A stretch of DNA of 64,000 nucleotides. Source: a virus. This document shows, one piece after another, positions 34,777 to 44,393 of this stretch. The stretch is from IMG/VR virus record IMGVR_UViG_3300048110_000147, positions 32,878 to 96,877 of that record. The stretch is one strand, 5' to 3'. Position numbers and translations under genes: made by a program. Position 1 is the stretch's first letter, and the number at the start of each line of letters is the position of its first letter. The notes under the pieces were generated by a model. That model saw only the letters and a program-made list of their open reading frames with translations, made no database searches and was not told the DNA's origin.

Positions 34777-36497
34777 GTGCTTTCTCTCATTCGACTAAAG
34801 TTTTTATCTTTGATGAATGTCAACTTGCGTTCGAAGTGAGCATCCTCAAGTTCAGTCTTGTGGGAGATAACAAAGACATTGGTGTCATCTTTCAAAGTAT
34901 CGATAATCTTCATAAGGTTATCAACCCCTTCACCGTCCAACGAAGAGTCGAACGTCTCATCGAGTATCAACAAATTAGTCGATACTGAATTCTTCATCTT
35001 AGCAATCTGTCGCCATGTAAACAGCAGGGACAGATCGATACGTTGTTTCTCACCTTCGGAGAAAGAATCGTACGAGAACGTGTCGCGGTAACGTGACCGG
35101 ATAGTCTCACTAAAACTATCGTCCAACTCAAAGTGGACAAAGAAATCTAGAATCTGCAAGTACTTGTTTGTCAATTCATTGATGACTGGTACATACTGCT
35201 TGATGATCTTGGTCTTGATTCCTGTATCACGAAGTAACTCACTTGCGATTCGATTGTACGCAGCCCTCTCGTTCAAGACAAACTTCTCATCTGTCCTTTC
35301 GTGTAATTCGGAATCTAGCGTCGTTAGATCTGTATTTGCCTGACCCATATCACCATGATTATCTGTCATTTCCTGTAGGTCATGCTGTATCTTACCAATA
35401 GACCGTTGCAAACGACTGATAGTATGATTGTTATTGTTTAGATTATTCTGGTCAGCAAGACAATCTGAGAGTTGATTTTCAAGACTCACAATCTCTTCTT
35501 GATATTTCCCTTGTTGTTCCTCTGCCTTATCCATTGCCTGCTTGAGTTCTTTCGCTTTGAGATGAGCACACTCTTTCTTATCATGTCTCAAATCTTCTGC
35601 GATGTCTTGGTCGCAAGTAGGACAGTGTTCATGGTTATCAAAGAACTTTGCCTCTTTGACTACCGCCTTGACTTGAGTCTTGAACTGAGCATAGTACTGA
35701 TCTAGTTGTTGTTTACTAGAACGTACAATACCAAGACTCTCATTGATAGTAGGCAACAAAGTATTGACAGTCTCAGAGAGAGTCGCATTGACTGTGTTGA
35801 GTTCACTTATCTCTGTCTGTAGTTCTGATATCTCACTCTCTTTATCTTTACGATGCTGAGTGTTGATAGCAGTAAGGTCACGGATATACTTCTTCTGTGA
35901 GTTTATCTTAGTCTTGACTACCTCAATAGAATGAGTGTTGTTCTCGAGCTCGCCTTTGAGGAGAGAGGTCTTTTCCTTGAGTAACATGTTCATCTTGGAG
36001 AAAATGTTGATGTCAAGGAGGTCTTCTATCACGTCACGCCTAGATGTTGAGTTGAGTTGCATGAAGGGAATAAAAGACGACGAGCCGAGAACAACGATCT
36101 GGTGAAAACTCTTGTGAGACATCTGTAAGACGTTCTTCTCAAGAATCTCTTGATATTCACGTGCGTGTGAACTTTGGTTAATCATAGTACCGTCTTTGTA
36201 GATTTCAAACTTAGCAGGTTTGATTCCACGCACTACACGGTATAGTACACCATTTACTGTGAATGTAACTTCGGTGACACAAGCTTTGTTGTTGATAGTG
36301 TTAACCAACTGGTTCTTAGTGATCTTACGATGTGCCTTACCAAACAATGCAAACGATAACGCATCAAGCATAGTAGACTTACCGGCACCGTTCTCACCGA
36401 CAATAAGGTTAGTCGGACTATCGAGAAAATTAATTTCGTTATAATAATCACCCGTCGAAAGAAAGTTCTTCCAACGTAGGGTTTCAAATTTAATCAT
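34773..36497 (-). CDS. 46: Recombination ATPase gp46 (Rad50/SbcC-like)
   Basis: GENGAGKS, CPTC zinc hook, FSEGEK, LDE.FD, ISH. Confidence 0.96.
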   Translation of the reverse strand: MIKFETLRWKNFLSTGDYYNEINFLDSPTNLIVGENGAGKSTMLDALSFALFGKAHRKITKNQLVNTINNKACVTEVTFTVNGVLYRVVRGIKPAKFEIYKDGTMINQSSHAREYQEILEKNVLQMSHKSFHQIVVLGSSSFIPFMQLNSTSRRDVIEDLLDINIFSKMNMLLKEKTSLLKGELENNTHSIEVVKTKINSQKKYIRDLTAINTQHRKDKESEISELQTEISELNTVNATLSETVNTLLPTINESLGIVRSSKQQLDQYYAQFKTQVKAVVKEAKFFDNHEHCPTCDQDIAEDLRHDKKECAHLKAKELKQAMDKAEEQQGKYQEEIVSLENQLSDCLADQNNLNNNNHTISRLQRSIGKIQHDLQEMTDNHGDMGQANTDLTTLDSELHERTDEKFVLNERAAYNRIASELLRDTGIKTKIIKQYVPVINELTNKYLQILDFFVHFELDDSFSETIRSRYRDTFSYDSFSEGEKQRIDLSLLFTWRQIAKMKNSVSTNLLILDETFDSSLDGEGVDNLMKIIDTLKDDTNVFVISHKTELEDAHFERKLTFIKDKNFSRMREST

Positions 36498-37552
36498 GCA
36501 ATCTCTACACTCTGTGCTTCAATCATTAATTCAGATACTACAGATTTGATTCGTTCTTTATCTAGATCTGTTTCGACTTCTTTGATATAATTATACACTA
36601 AAGTTTCGGTGTCGTCAATAGTTATATCAGCATCCGAGACATTTTCTCCACGAAATTCTCTGAAGTCCTCAGCAATCTTTAATTCATGGATTTTCTGTTG
36701 CTGGATTCTTTCAACGTATCGTTCAAACTTTTTGATATCAGAACGGTTGACCACGATCAACTTAACAAACTTGCCGTCTAAATGAGAGAGATCCTCAAAG
36801 TAGTTCACTGTATCTTCATCATAGTGAATCTTATGGAACAGGGCAACGGTATTGCGTACAGGAGTCATCTCGCGAGTATCGGTGTCATAGACGTGAAAGA
36901 ACTTAGGATCGTGGGCATCGTTCCAAAAGAATTCCATCTGCGAACCTAGATAGGTAATATTACCTTTACTGGACTTGGTGTGAAAGTGTCCGGACAACAC
37001 AGTCTCGAAGCGTTCTAGTGGCTTTGGATCCATACCACTGTGACAGACAATACCTTTGTCCATCTCAAACCCTGCAAGTTCGAAGTGACCGCCGATGACA
37101 TCAGCACCACAGTTGTCTAAGAAGGTCAATATTTCTTTCTCATTCTCAGGACATATCCAAGGAACGAGTCCAAACTTGACACCGCCATAATCACGCACGA
37201 TAGGGTCCATAAGGATATCCACTTCGTTAATGTAGTGACCCATCAACTCTTTCAGTGAGTTCAACTCGATAGTATTCTTGAAGTAAACGTCGTGGTTGCC
37301 TGGAATGATATCCATGTGAATATTATACTCACGGAGTTTATCCAAGAAGATTTGGCGGTTATGGTTTAACGCTTTGAGGTTGATAGTCTTACGGTTGTCA
37401 TAGTAGTCACCCAGATGTAGAATCTGAGTAATACCATTTTCACGAAGATACGGAAAGAACACCTCACCATAGAAGCGTTCCTGATAGTCCATAAAGATAT
37501 CCGAAGAATTACGACATCCGCAGTGGGTGTCGTTAAGTATTGCTATTTTCAT
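36494..37552 (-). CDS. 47: Recombination nuclease gp47 (Mre11/SbcD-like)
   Basis: DTH.G, GD..D.R, GNHD, GHFE, SGHFH. Confidence 0.96.
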   Translation of the reverse strand: MKIAILNDTHCGCRNSSDIFMDYQERFYGEVFFPYLRENGITQILHLGDYYDNRKTINLKALNHNRQIFLDKLREYNIHMDIIPGNHDVYFKNTIELNSLKELMGHYINEVDILMDPIVRDYGGVKFGLVPWICPENEKEILTFLDNCGADVIGGHFELAGFEMDKGIVCHSGMDPKPLERFETVLSGHFHTKSSKGNITYLGSQMEFFWNDAHDPKFFHVYDTDTREMTPVRNTVALFHKIHYDEDTVNYFEDLSHLDGKFVKLIVVNRSDIKKFERYVERIQQQKIHELKIAEDFREFRGENVSDADITIDDTETLVYNYIKEVETDLDKERIKSVVSELMIEAQSVEIA

Positions 37553-37582
37553 AAATGACTCAACTCAATTTATATGACGACT

Positions 37583-37611
37583 ATTATACTACAAAATAAG
37601 GTTTCTGTCAA
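37583..37611 (-). promoter_or_regulatory. Sigma70-type promoter for 47-46
   Basis: TTGACA-N17-TATAAT. Confidence 0.8.
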
Positions 37612-37617
37612 GAGCCT

Positions 37618-38205
37618 TTATTCTAGATAGTCGGATAAATCTGAGTCAACATAAACAGCACGTTTCTTTCTCTTCTTCTCTTCTTTTGCGTATTCTTTGA
37701 ATTCTGCATCTGCGCCTTTGACAAGATCGATACGCTGTCTCAAAGTATCAACGAAAGGAGAACTTTGTTGTTGGAAAGAACCACCTTCGTCATCACCCAT
37801 GAAGGAACCTATATCTGCCTCAGCAATATACTTCATCTTGATGTCTTGTTGTTTCTTTTCCTTCTGTATCCTACGCAAGAATGCATACCATGATATCTGT
37901 GTGAAGTATGCGAAGGCGTTAGGTTTACCCGAACGGGTTGCCGCCTCGATATCATAATTCTCTATTGCCTTCAGACAGTTCTCTACCGCATCCATAACCA
38001 TTTCTTCCCGATAGGTATAACGAACGAAGTTTGCTTTATGAGATAGTCCTTCTGCAATCTTTAAAAAACAAGTAGCAATATAATTAGTCACCACAGGATG
38101 TGGACTGCCTTGTTCTTTAGCCTCCATTACAGTTGTACAGTAATCAACAACTGCATTAGAGAAGTCCCGATTATTTACGTAATGTGGTTTTTCTTTTGGT
38201 TTCAT
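37618..38205 (-). CDS. 55: Late-transcription sigma factor gp55
   Basis: HYVNN, IAEGLS...NF..YTYRE.M..D..E, NAFAYFTQI...AFLRRI..EK. Confidence 0.96.
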   Translation of the reverse strand: MKPKEKPHYVNNRDFSNAVVDYCTTVMEAKEQGSPHPVVTNYIATCFLKIAEGLSHKANFVRYTYREEMVMDAVENCLKAIENYDIEAATRSGKPNAFAYFTQISWYAFLRRIQKEKKQQDIKMKYIAEADIGSFMGDDEGGSFQQQSSPFVDTLRQRIDLVKGADAEFKEYAKEEKKRKKRAVYVDSDLSDYLE

Positions 38206-38233
38206 ATTATATTACTCGTTTAATTTAGTAGGT

Positions 38234-38262
38234 ATTATACCAAATAAACACTCGTGTGTCAA
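38234..38262 (-). promoter_or_regulatory. Sigma70-type promoter for gp55
   Basis: TTGACA-N17-TATAAT. Confidence 0.8.
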
Positions 38263-38669
38263 TTAGTTTCTACTACTCTCCGGCGTAAATCGCTAGATGA
38301 AAATCTGTGAGAGCGTTCATTGAAGTATAACTGTATACCTCTTTTCCTACATATGTCCTTTCCAGTAAAGTCTTTGTCCCTGTACTCTTCACCAAGTATT
38401 CGTAGGTCGATCTGATACATGGCCAAGATGTCTTCTAAGTCCTGTTCTGTCACATAGGGAATAATTTCGTCTACGTAACCTACGGCATTAAGTTGTGAGT
38501 ATCTCTCTACAATAGTCTGCACTGGTGCGTTCTTGTAGTCACGATCTAAAGAAGGATTTACCTGTAACCCACATATCAAATAATCACAATGCGCTTTAGC
38601 ATCTCTGAGCATGGCAACATGACCAGAATGAAGTAAGTCAAATGAAGAACAAGTAAACCCAACTACCAT
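38259..38669 (-). CDS. Glycerol-3-phosphate cytidylyltransferase (TagD-like)
   Basis: FDLLHSGH, YVDE, FSSS.LR. Confidence 0.88.
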   Translation of the reverse strand: MVVGFTCSSFDLLHSGHVAMLRDAKAHCDYLICGLQVNPSLDRDYKNAPVQTIVERYSQLNAVGYVDEIIPYVTEQDLEDILAMYQIDLRILGEEYRDKDFTGKDICRKRGIQLYFNERSHRFSSSDLRRRVVETN

Positions 38670-39037
38670 TACAATTTACTTCTTTGTTTGACCAACATGT
38701 CCCTGACTCTTTCATGAGTAACGTTTAACCCATAGAGTGTGCAAATATACGTGGTATATCGGTCGTAGTCCTGAGGCAGACCAAGAAGTTCTCTCTGCTT
38801 AATCTGAGTAGCGTATCCTTCAATTTCTGCCTTGAGACGATACTCATCATTGAACTGATACCAAATAAAGTGTGTACCGAAGGTTCTCCAGAACTGACGT
38901 ACATGTACCTTTTCATGCTCTATCAAAGGAACGTTGTTCCTGTATCCTCGACGAACAAAAATAATGGGACCGAAGACAAATGCGGCAAATCTCTTCGGAA
39001 TAAAGGTACTTATCGTTAAAATTATATAATATTTCAT
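38669..39037 (-). CDS. HExxH metallopeptidase-like protein
   Basis: IEHEKVHVRQ...E.E.Y. Confidence 0.65.
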   Translation of the reverse strand: MKYYIILTISTFIPKRFAAFVFGPIIFVRRGYRNNVPLIEHEKVHVRQFWRTFGTHFIWYQFNDEYRLKAEIEGYATQIKQRELLGLPQDYDRYTTYICTLYGLNVTHERVRDMLVKQRSKL

Positions 39038-39044
39038 TTTGCCC

Positions 39045-39073
39045 TTGACAAAGGTTATTTTATGGTGTATAAT
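39045..39073 (+). promoter_or_regulatory. Perfect sigma70 consensus promoter on the non-coding (plus) strand
   Basis: TTGACA-N17-TATAAT in the intergenic gap; no plus-strand ORF follows. Confidence 0.75.
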
Positions 39074-39104
39074 CTAGCTTGTAGTCCAGAGGGAATATAA
39101 GCAA

Positions 39105-39539
39105 CTAATTCATTAACATCCCATCTACATCTGAGTCGATTTCATCTTCTTTATTCATCTCATCCAACCAATCTTCTAAAGATCTGTCGTCTTCATGGAA
39201 ATCATCTTCAAGTTTAACTTCAGAGTAATTCTCTTCCAAGTACCTCGCCATCTCATCTAAAGCAGTCCTATACTGTTCAACCATTTCCTTAGCGGGAATA
39301 GCAAGAGACATAATCTTGTCAGTAAAAAGTAACATCACATTAATAGGAGTATCTTGATACACCATGTAAGTTTTAAAAGTAAAGAACTTCTCACCATTCT
39401 TCAACGTATTCTGCATCAAGCTCATTGCGTTATTAACAACAATATGCTCTGGGTCCTCATCCAGTACCTCACAGATAACTTCTTCACCCGTGATTAATTT
39501 CAAGTGTCTAACCGAAGAATCCTTCTTCATCATTATCAT
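39105..39539 (-). CDS. Sm-like fold hypothetical protein downstream of uvsW
   Basis: KLITGEEVIC.V motif, acidic tail. Confidence 0.7.
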   Translation of the reverse strand: MIMMKKDSSVRHLKLITGEEVICEVLDEDPEHIVVNNAMSLMQNTLKNGEKFFTFKTYMVYQDTPINVMLLFTDKIMSLAIPAKEMVEQYRTALDEMARYLEENYSEVKLEDDFHEDDRSLEDWLDEMNKEDEIDSDVDGMLMN

Positions 39540-41031
39540 TTACTCTTATAGGTTTTAGGTCAATGGGATAGATTTTATATCTGAACCCTTCTTTAGTATA
39601 TATCTTTATTCTTTCGGCGCTATGTTTCAAAGTAAAATTCTTATGAGATTTGACATGGAGATCGTCAGCGATATCAATAAGCTTAGTAGTCCGACCATCG
39701 TCAGACTGACGCAAGCCCCTGCCAATTGACTGGAGCACCTTAACTTGAGATTTCGACGGAGTCGCAAATACAATATTATGCAAATTGCGGATGTTGATGC
39801 CAGTGCTGAAAGTGCCAAGAGAGGCAACAATAATTGAGTCATTTTCTTTCTCTACAATACCACGTATCTGTTCACGGTCAGTAGCATCAACCTCACCTGA
39901 AACATAGAATACTTTTCTTCCTTCAGGTGCGAGATCTTTAATCATTTCATATAATACTTTACCGTGCTTCTCTACAAACTGAAACATAACCAAGGTATTA
40001 CCTTTTTGATCCAATGCAATCTTACTTATAAACTTATTACGTGGTTCATATGTAACAATATAGTCGAGCTCTTCTTGGTAGGTTTTATCTTTCATCATAT
40101 TACAAATATCATTATGATACCGTAATAACAATATTGAGATATCCAACTCCGCAAGCTGTTTGTTCTTCTGTAACTCCACGGTACGTGTCACCGTAAACGT
40201 CGGTCCAAATAAACCTTCTAGCACCAACTTGTTAGTCTCAGTACCATCCAGTGTCCCTGTGAGACCGAATCTATACTGTGCTTCTGTGCACTTGTCCATC
40301 ATAGTAGACAATGACTTTGCTTTGAAAAGATGTACTTCATCTCCAAAGATAGTATTAAACTGTGAGAACCATTCTGGACCAAACTTGTAGATAGACTGCC
40401 ACGTGGAGATTATGACACGTTTGTCAGTAACCTTTTCTTTACCGGAGTATATCTTATGGCAGAACTCTTCGGTGTCATAACCGTAGTCAGCAAAGTCTTT
40501 GTACATCTGCTCCACCAAAGAGGTAGTTGGGACAATGACCAATATCTTCCCTTCGGTCACCTCATAGCAGTACCTCAATAGATTGTATATGATGAATGAC
40601 TTACCACTACCTGTAGGACTGAGTAACAGACAGCGTCTATTCTCGACCCCGTGTGCGATTGCTTTGTACTGATAGTCTCTAGGTTTGAACGGACTCTCCA
40701 GTAGAGACAAGAAGTCAATCAATGCTGGATGGTCTATGTCCTCTTTGAAAGAGGGTATCCCATAAACTTCATGTTCGAGTATTTCAAGTTGGTAAAAACG
40801 ATCGGCACAAAATCTTCGTAGGTGCTGATACAATCCCACGTTCATTTGTTTTGAAACCATGTTGTACAGTTTCACCTTCCCGTCCCAGTGTCGAGATTTG
40901 AATGCCGGCATGAATTTATAGCCAGGCACGAAAAAAGAGAAGTATTCCCTCAACTCTTGTTCCTGTGCTGGATGAGCCTCTACCATAAAATGGGAGTGGT
41001 CTTTCATCCTGATTCGTATCTTGTTATCCAC
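39508..41031 (-). CDS. uvsW: UvsW RNA-DNA/DNA helicase
   Basis: WDG...L, PTGSGKS, DEVH, GLTGT, QSIGRGLR; probable GTG start at 41031. Confidence 0.95.
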   Translation of the reverse strand: MDNKIRIRMKDHSHFMVEAHPAQEQELREYFSFFVPGYKFMPAFKSRHWDGKVKLYNMVSKQMNVGLYQHLRRFCADRFYQLEILEHEVYGIPSFKEDIDHPALIDFLSLLESPFKPRDYQYKAIAHGVENRRCLLLSPTGSGKSFIIYNLLRYCYEVTEGKILVIVPTTSLVEQMYKDFADYGYDTEEFCHKIYSGKEKVTDKRVIISTWQSIYKFGPEWFSQFNTIFGDEVHLFKAKSLSTMMDKCTEAQYRFGLTGTLDGTETNKLVLEGLFGPTFTVTRTVELQKNKQLAELDISILLLRYHNDICNMMKDKTYQEELDYIVTYEPRNKFISKIALDQKGNTLVMFQFVEKHGKVLYEMIKDLAPEGRKVFYVSGEVDATDREQIRGIVEKENDSIIVASLGTFSTGINIRNLHNIVFATPSKSQVKVLQSIGRGLRQSDDGRTTKLIDIADDLHVKSHKNFTLKHSAERIKIYTKEGFRYKIYPIDLKPIRVNDNDEEGFFG

Positions 41032-41470
41032 CGGCTTCGAACTTTCTCCAATCAATCATATTCTTAACTGTCTGGTGTCGCCACTTCAAAGTATCGACGA
41101 TGTTACTTAGGGTTTCGATAAGTGTCTTATGATAGACGATCTTCTCTTCAGACTTTTGTATCTCAGGGTCTGAATCGTAGTAGTAGTCCATCTCACCCTT
41201 TAGCATACGGAGACCATTGAATGGATCTAAATCCCATCCACTAGCTAACACCTCTTCTTGAGACATCTTTCCGTTGTAGTATAAGAACTTTTGTTTGAGT
41301 AACGTCTTCTGGTTGTTTTCAGAACGTTTGAGTTGTAACTTGGCGAGTGCCAGATACTGTAAGTATTTTGCATGTAGTGAGGGAGTCTGTCGGGAGACTT
41401 CGTCCAATTGGTGCTGTGATATCTCACAGTCTTCACGCCACTCTTTGAGAATGGATTCTAAATCAATCAT
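41024..41470 (-). CDS. uvsY: Recombination mediator UvsY
   Basis: P.LH.KYL, YY.GK, Y.D.D, KN.IDW.KF.AG. Confidence 0.92.
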   Translation of the reverse strand: MIDLESILKEWREDCEISQHQLDEVSRQTPSLHAKYLQYLALAKLQLKRSENNQKTLLKQKFLYYNGKMSQEEVLASGWDLDPFNGLRMLKGEMDYYYDSDPEIQKSEEKIVYHKTLIETLSNIVDTLKWRHQTVKNMIDWRKFEAGG

Positions 41471-41508
41471 ATAATAACCTTATTTCACTGTAACTATATA
41501 GTATAACA

Positions 41509-42153
41509 CTAAGTCGTTATAAAGTCAATACAATCTTTCCAGTAATCTTCATCATGTCCTAGGACATAACTGAGGGTCATTCGATAACAGTCGGTTCTTG
41601 CGGCGTGATAAACCACATCACCAGATCCATATGCGCCAAAGTGTCCAGCCTTGAGATTCCACCCCTGTTCGTCTTGAATAGTAATGACCTCTTGGGTCTT
41701 TGGATCGACATATTTAAACCACCCATCTCCTCTTTCTGACCAAGTAAAGATGAGGTTATATGCGGAGGCGTTTGCATTGTTATGCCAACCGATAAATCCT
41801 TGGGGTGGATATAACGTGGAAAGGGCACTGTGTTGCACTCCCAGTTCTTCGGTCAAAGACGCATTTAAATTATGCCAAGTCTTTGCGTACTCTTCTGGGT
41901 GTGTACCCTTGTAGTGGTCGGGTTTGATAGGATAACATACTGACGTGGAGGCGGCACCATCATGCTTTTCTCCCATGTCAATGACTCTCCACATCTCATC
42001 TTCACCAGTGTAGTGATCTTCTTTACCTTTCATCTCCGGAAACATACAAGTGTTAGTATTCTCCGGTTGATAGAGTTCTCGATAGGTATAGCGGAAGTCT
42101 TCAAGAATGCTTAGTACTTCTGGATTCTTGATTTGAAACTTGGTTAAACTCAT
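41509..42153 (-). CDS. 2OG-Fe(II) oxygenase-like (DSBH) protein, H-x-N variant
   Basis: YPPQGFIGWHNN, YHAA, RMTLSY; paralog of 18973-19656. Confidence 0.65.
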   Translation of the reverse strand: MSLTKFQIKNPEVLSILEDFRYTYRELYQPENTNTCMFPEMKGKEDHYTGEDEMWRVIDMGEKHDGAASTSVCYPIKPDHYKGTHPEEYAKTWHNLNASLTEELGVQHSALSTLYPPQGFIGWHNNANASAYNLIFTWSERGDGWFKYVDPKTQEVITIQDEQGWNLKAGHFGAYGSGDVVYHAARTDCYRMTLSYVLGHDEDYWKDCIDFITT

Positions 42154-42614
42154 GACAGAACAAATTCACTAAATCTGAAAGTAGTATCAAAGTTGATATA
42201 TGTAACATCGCCAGTGGTTGATGTTAATTCGATAGAACCCAACTGTGTCGGTATGCAGTTCTTGTAGAGAATCTGAGCACAGAAGTTGTTATGACTCGTA
42301 AGCACGATGACTCTAATGTCATGATAAGGGTCACCCTCACCGTAGACAGAACCCTCTAACCATTTTTGAACTTCTTTGTATGCAGTCATGTCCTCATCTA
42401 GAATGAGACTTAGATTGAGTTCACCGTAATTAATAGTGTCGCCAGGAACAGGTAGTCCCGTTATTCTAGGCACGGCGACCTCTACCGCAGAAACAGTCGA
42501 GCCTGGGTGTTGTACGGACTGCGCAAAAAATTCTAGGTTACCATAATTCTCGCGTTCGATTATTACACGAAATCCGGTAGGTTGTAAAAAGTTTTTGTTA
42601 TCTGTGAGTGCCAT
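42150..42614 (-). CDS. 3: Tail completion/tube terminator gp3
   Basis: NFLQP.GF, PG....Y..L.....LDE....Y.E...W; position after gp23. Confidence 0.85.
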   Translation of the reverse strand: MALTDNKNFLQPTGFRVIIERENYGNLEFFAQSVQHPGSTVSAVEVAVPRITGLPVPGDTINYGELNLSLILDEDMTAYKEVQKWLEGSVYGEGDPYHDIRVIVLTSHNNFCAQILYKNCIPTQLGSIELTSTTGDVTYINFDTTFRFSEFVLS

Positions 42615-42636
42615 AATGTATCCTCTGTATGCATCT

Positions 42637-42644
42637 TATTTATA
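42637..42644 (-). promoter_or_regulatory. Late promoter for gp3
   Basis: TATAAATA. Confidence 0.8.
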
Positions 42645-42678
42645 CAGGTTAATAAGCGCCTTCCTTGGCGATCTTACT

Positions 42679-42885
42679 CTATTCCTCTTCTGGTGAAGTT
42701 GCATCTGTGCCAGTCTTGTCTGCAACATCTTTAATCAAATTAGATGTTACATCCAACACACCTGCGGTCACACCAAAGACATCGGAACCGACACCTTTAA
42801 TAACACCACCAGTACCGTCAATGGTTGCATCGACAGTTGAGCAAGCAGATAAAACTAATGCGAATGCAATTGCAATAAAACGCAT
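42679..42885 (-). CDS. Small lipoprotein (entericidin-like)
   Basis: Lipobox LSAC then Gly-rich amphipathic helix. Confidence 0.75.
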   Translation of the reverse strand: MRFIAIAFALVLSACSTVDATIDGTGGVIKGVGSDVFGVTAGVLDVTSNLIKDVADKTGTDATSPEEE

Positions 42886-42986
42886 AGTATTTTCCTGTTT
42901 TCTAGATTACTGGATGACCAGATTCCGAAAGCTTACCCATATAGGGCATCCCCCCACTGTTACTTTGTCCAGTTCGTGAACACACT

Positions 42987-42994
42987 TATTTATA
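42987..42994 (-). promoter_or_regulatory. Late promoter
   Basis: TATAAATA just after the gp23 terminator. Confidence 0.75.
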
Positions 42995-42999
42995 CGCAT

Positions 43000-43025
43000 A
43001 AAAAAAGGGAGCCCGAAGACTCCCT
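43000..43025 (-). terminator. Rho-independent terminator after gp23 with C(UUCG)G loop
   Basis: AGGGAGTC-TTCG-GGCTCCCT then T tract. Confidence 0.9.
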
Positions 43026-43071
43026 AAAAACGACTAGTAAACTAGTTCTAATTTTTATATGTTACTTAGAC

Positions 43072-44382
43072 TTACGATGTTACCATCAAGTTGTCTACGC
43101 GCATGATGCGGTAGTACGTGTTGATGCCCGCAGTAGCAGCGATGTTCTGCTCGCCTGCTGGAGATACGAATGGGTTTGCAGCCATTCCGTAACGAGTCTT
43201 GAAACCAATCTTAGGTTGGAAAGTATCTTCTGATACTGCCTTAACCATCTGTAGTGGTACGTATGGGCAATAGAATACACCGGCGTCATAAGCGTTTGCA
43301 CCCTTATATCCGACAGTAATGTAATCGATTGATGCATATGGATCGATGTAAACTTTCATCTTACCGTTTAGAGTACCAGCAAAAGTATTACCAGTATCAT
43401 CTACAGAAAGACCAGCGCCTACTTGATAGTCCAACTGACCAGAAGCAGCAAGTGCAGTAGCAACGTCTGAAGAACAGATTACGATGTTACCCTTACCACG
43501 ACGAGTTGACTTAGCAATCTCGTTCGCTTCACGATCTAATTGAATTACTAGACCTTTGAACTTCTCTGCTGACCAACGACCGTCTGCATCAGCAGTTAGA
43601 TCGAATACGCCTTTAGAAGCGATTGATGCTTGTTGTGCACCTAGAACAGCTTGAGTGTTTACTGTACGAACTACTTCACGGTTGATTTCCGCTAGGATCT
43701 CAGTCGAAAGAATGTTCGCAAGCTCTGTCTCTGCGTCAAGACCGTGGATTGCTTTCAAGTCTTGTGCAAGTTCTAGAGAGTACTCTGCCTTCAATGCGCG
43801 TGACTTAGCAACAACAGATTGCTTCTCGATTGAGAAACCCATCTCTTTGAAAGATCCGTCAACTTCACCTAGAGATTCAGCTGCAGAAGTTTGCATTGGG
43901 CGACCTGCCGCGTCTACAGAACGACCTGAACCGTCTGTAGCATCAAATCCAGACATACCTGATGAATCACCAGATTGTGAGCTTGTTGCTGAGCCAGAGA
44001 ATGCTGAGTTTGGCTCGTCTAGACCTAGTGCTTCTGGTCCATCTTGTGACGTGTAGTGTGACTTCATAGCGAAGATCAGACCAGTTGGTCCTGACATTGG
44101 CTGTACACCACATACATCATATGCCATTAGGTTAGGCATTGCACGACGTACTAGAGAGATTAGAACTGGATCCCAGTTAGAAACTGCTGAGCCAGTTGCG
44201 TTAGTTGGAGCTTCCGCAAGGAAACCCTGAGAAGCTGAACGCTCTTCCATTAGAGCCTTCTCTTGGTTTTCTAGGATAGCAGCAGTAACTGCTTTACGGT
44301 GGTGATCTTGGATCTTGCCAGCTGATTCTTCGTTAAGAACTGGCGCCCACTTTTCGATCAATTGATCGTATGAATTGTTCAT
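43072..44382 (-). CDS. 23: Major capsid protein gp23
   Basis: VRRAMP.L.A.D.CGVQPM.GPTGLIFAM, KSRALKAEYS.ELAQDLKA.HGLDAE, FYCPYVPL, GFKTRYG. Confidence 0.98.
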   Translation of the reverse strand: MNNSYDQLIEKWAPVLNEESAGKIQDHHRKAVTAAILENQEKALMEERSASQGFLAEAPTNATGSAVSNWDPVLISLVRRAMPNLMAYDVCGVQPMSGPTGLIFAMKSHYTSQDGPEALGLDEPNSAFSGSATSSQSGDSSGMSGFDATDGSGRSVDAAGRPMQTSAAESLGEVDGSFKEMGFSIEKQSVVAKSRALKAEYSLELAQDLKAIHGLDAETELANILSTEILAEINREVVRTVNTQAVLGAQQASIASKGVFDLTADADGRWSAEKFKGLVIQLDREANEIAKSTRRGKGNIVICSSDVATALAASGQLDYQVGAGLSVDDTGNTFAGTLNGKMKVYIDPYASIDYITVGYKGANAYDAGVFYCPYVPLQMVKAVSEDTFQPKIGFKTRYGMAANPFVSPAGEQNIAATAGINTYYRIMRVDNLMVTS

Positions 44383-44393
44383 TGTTAGATTCC

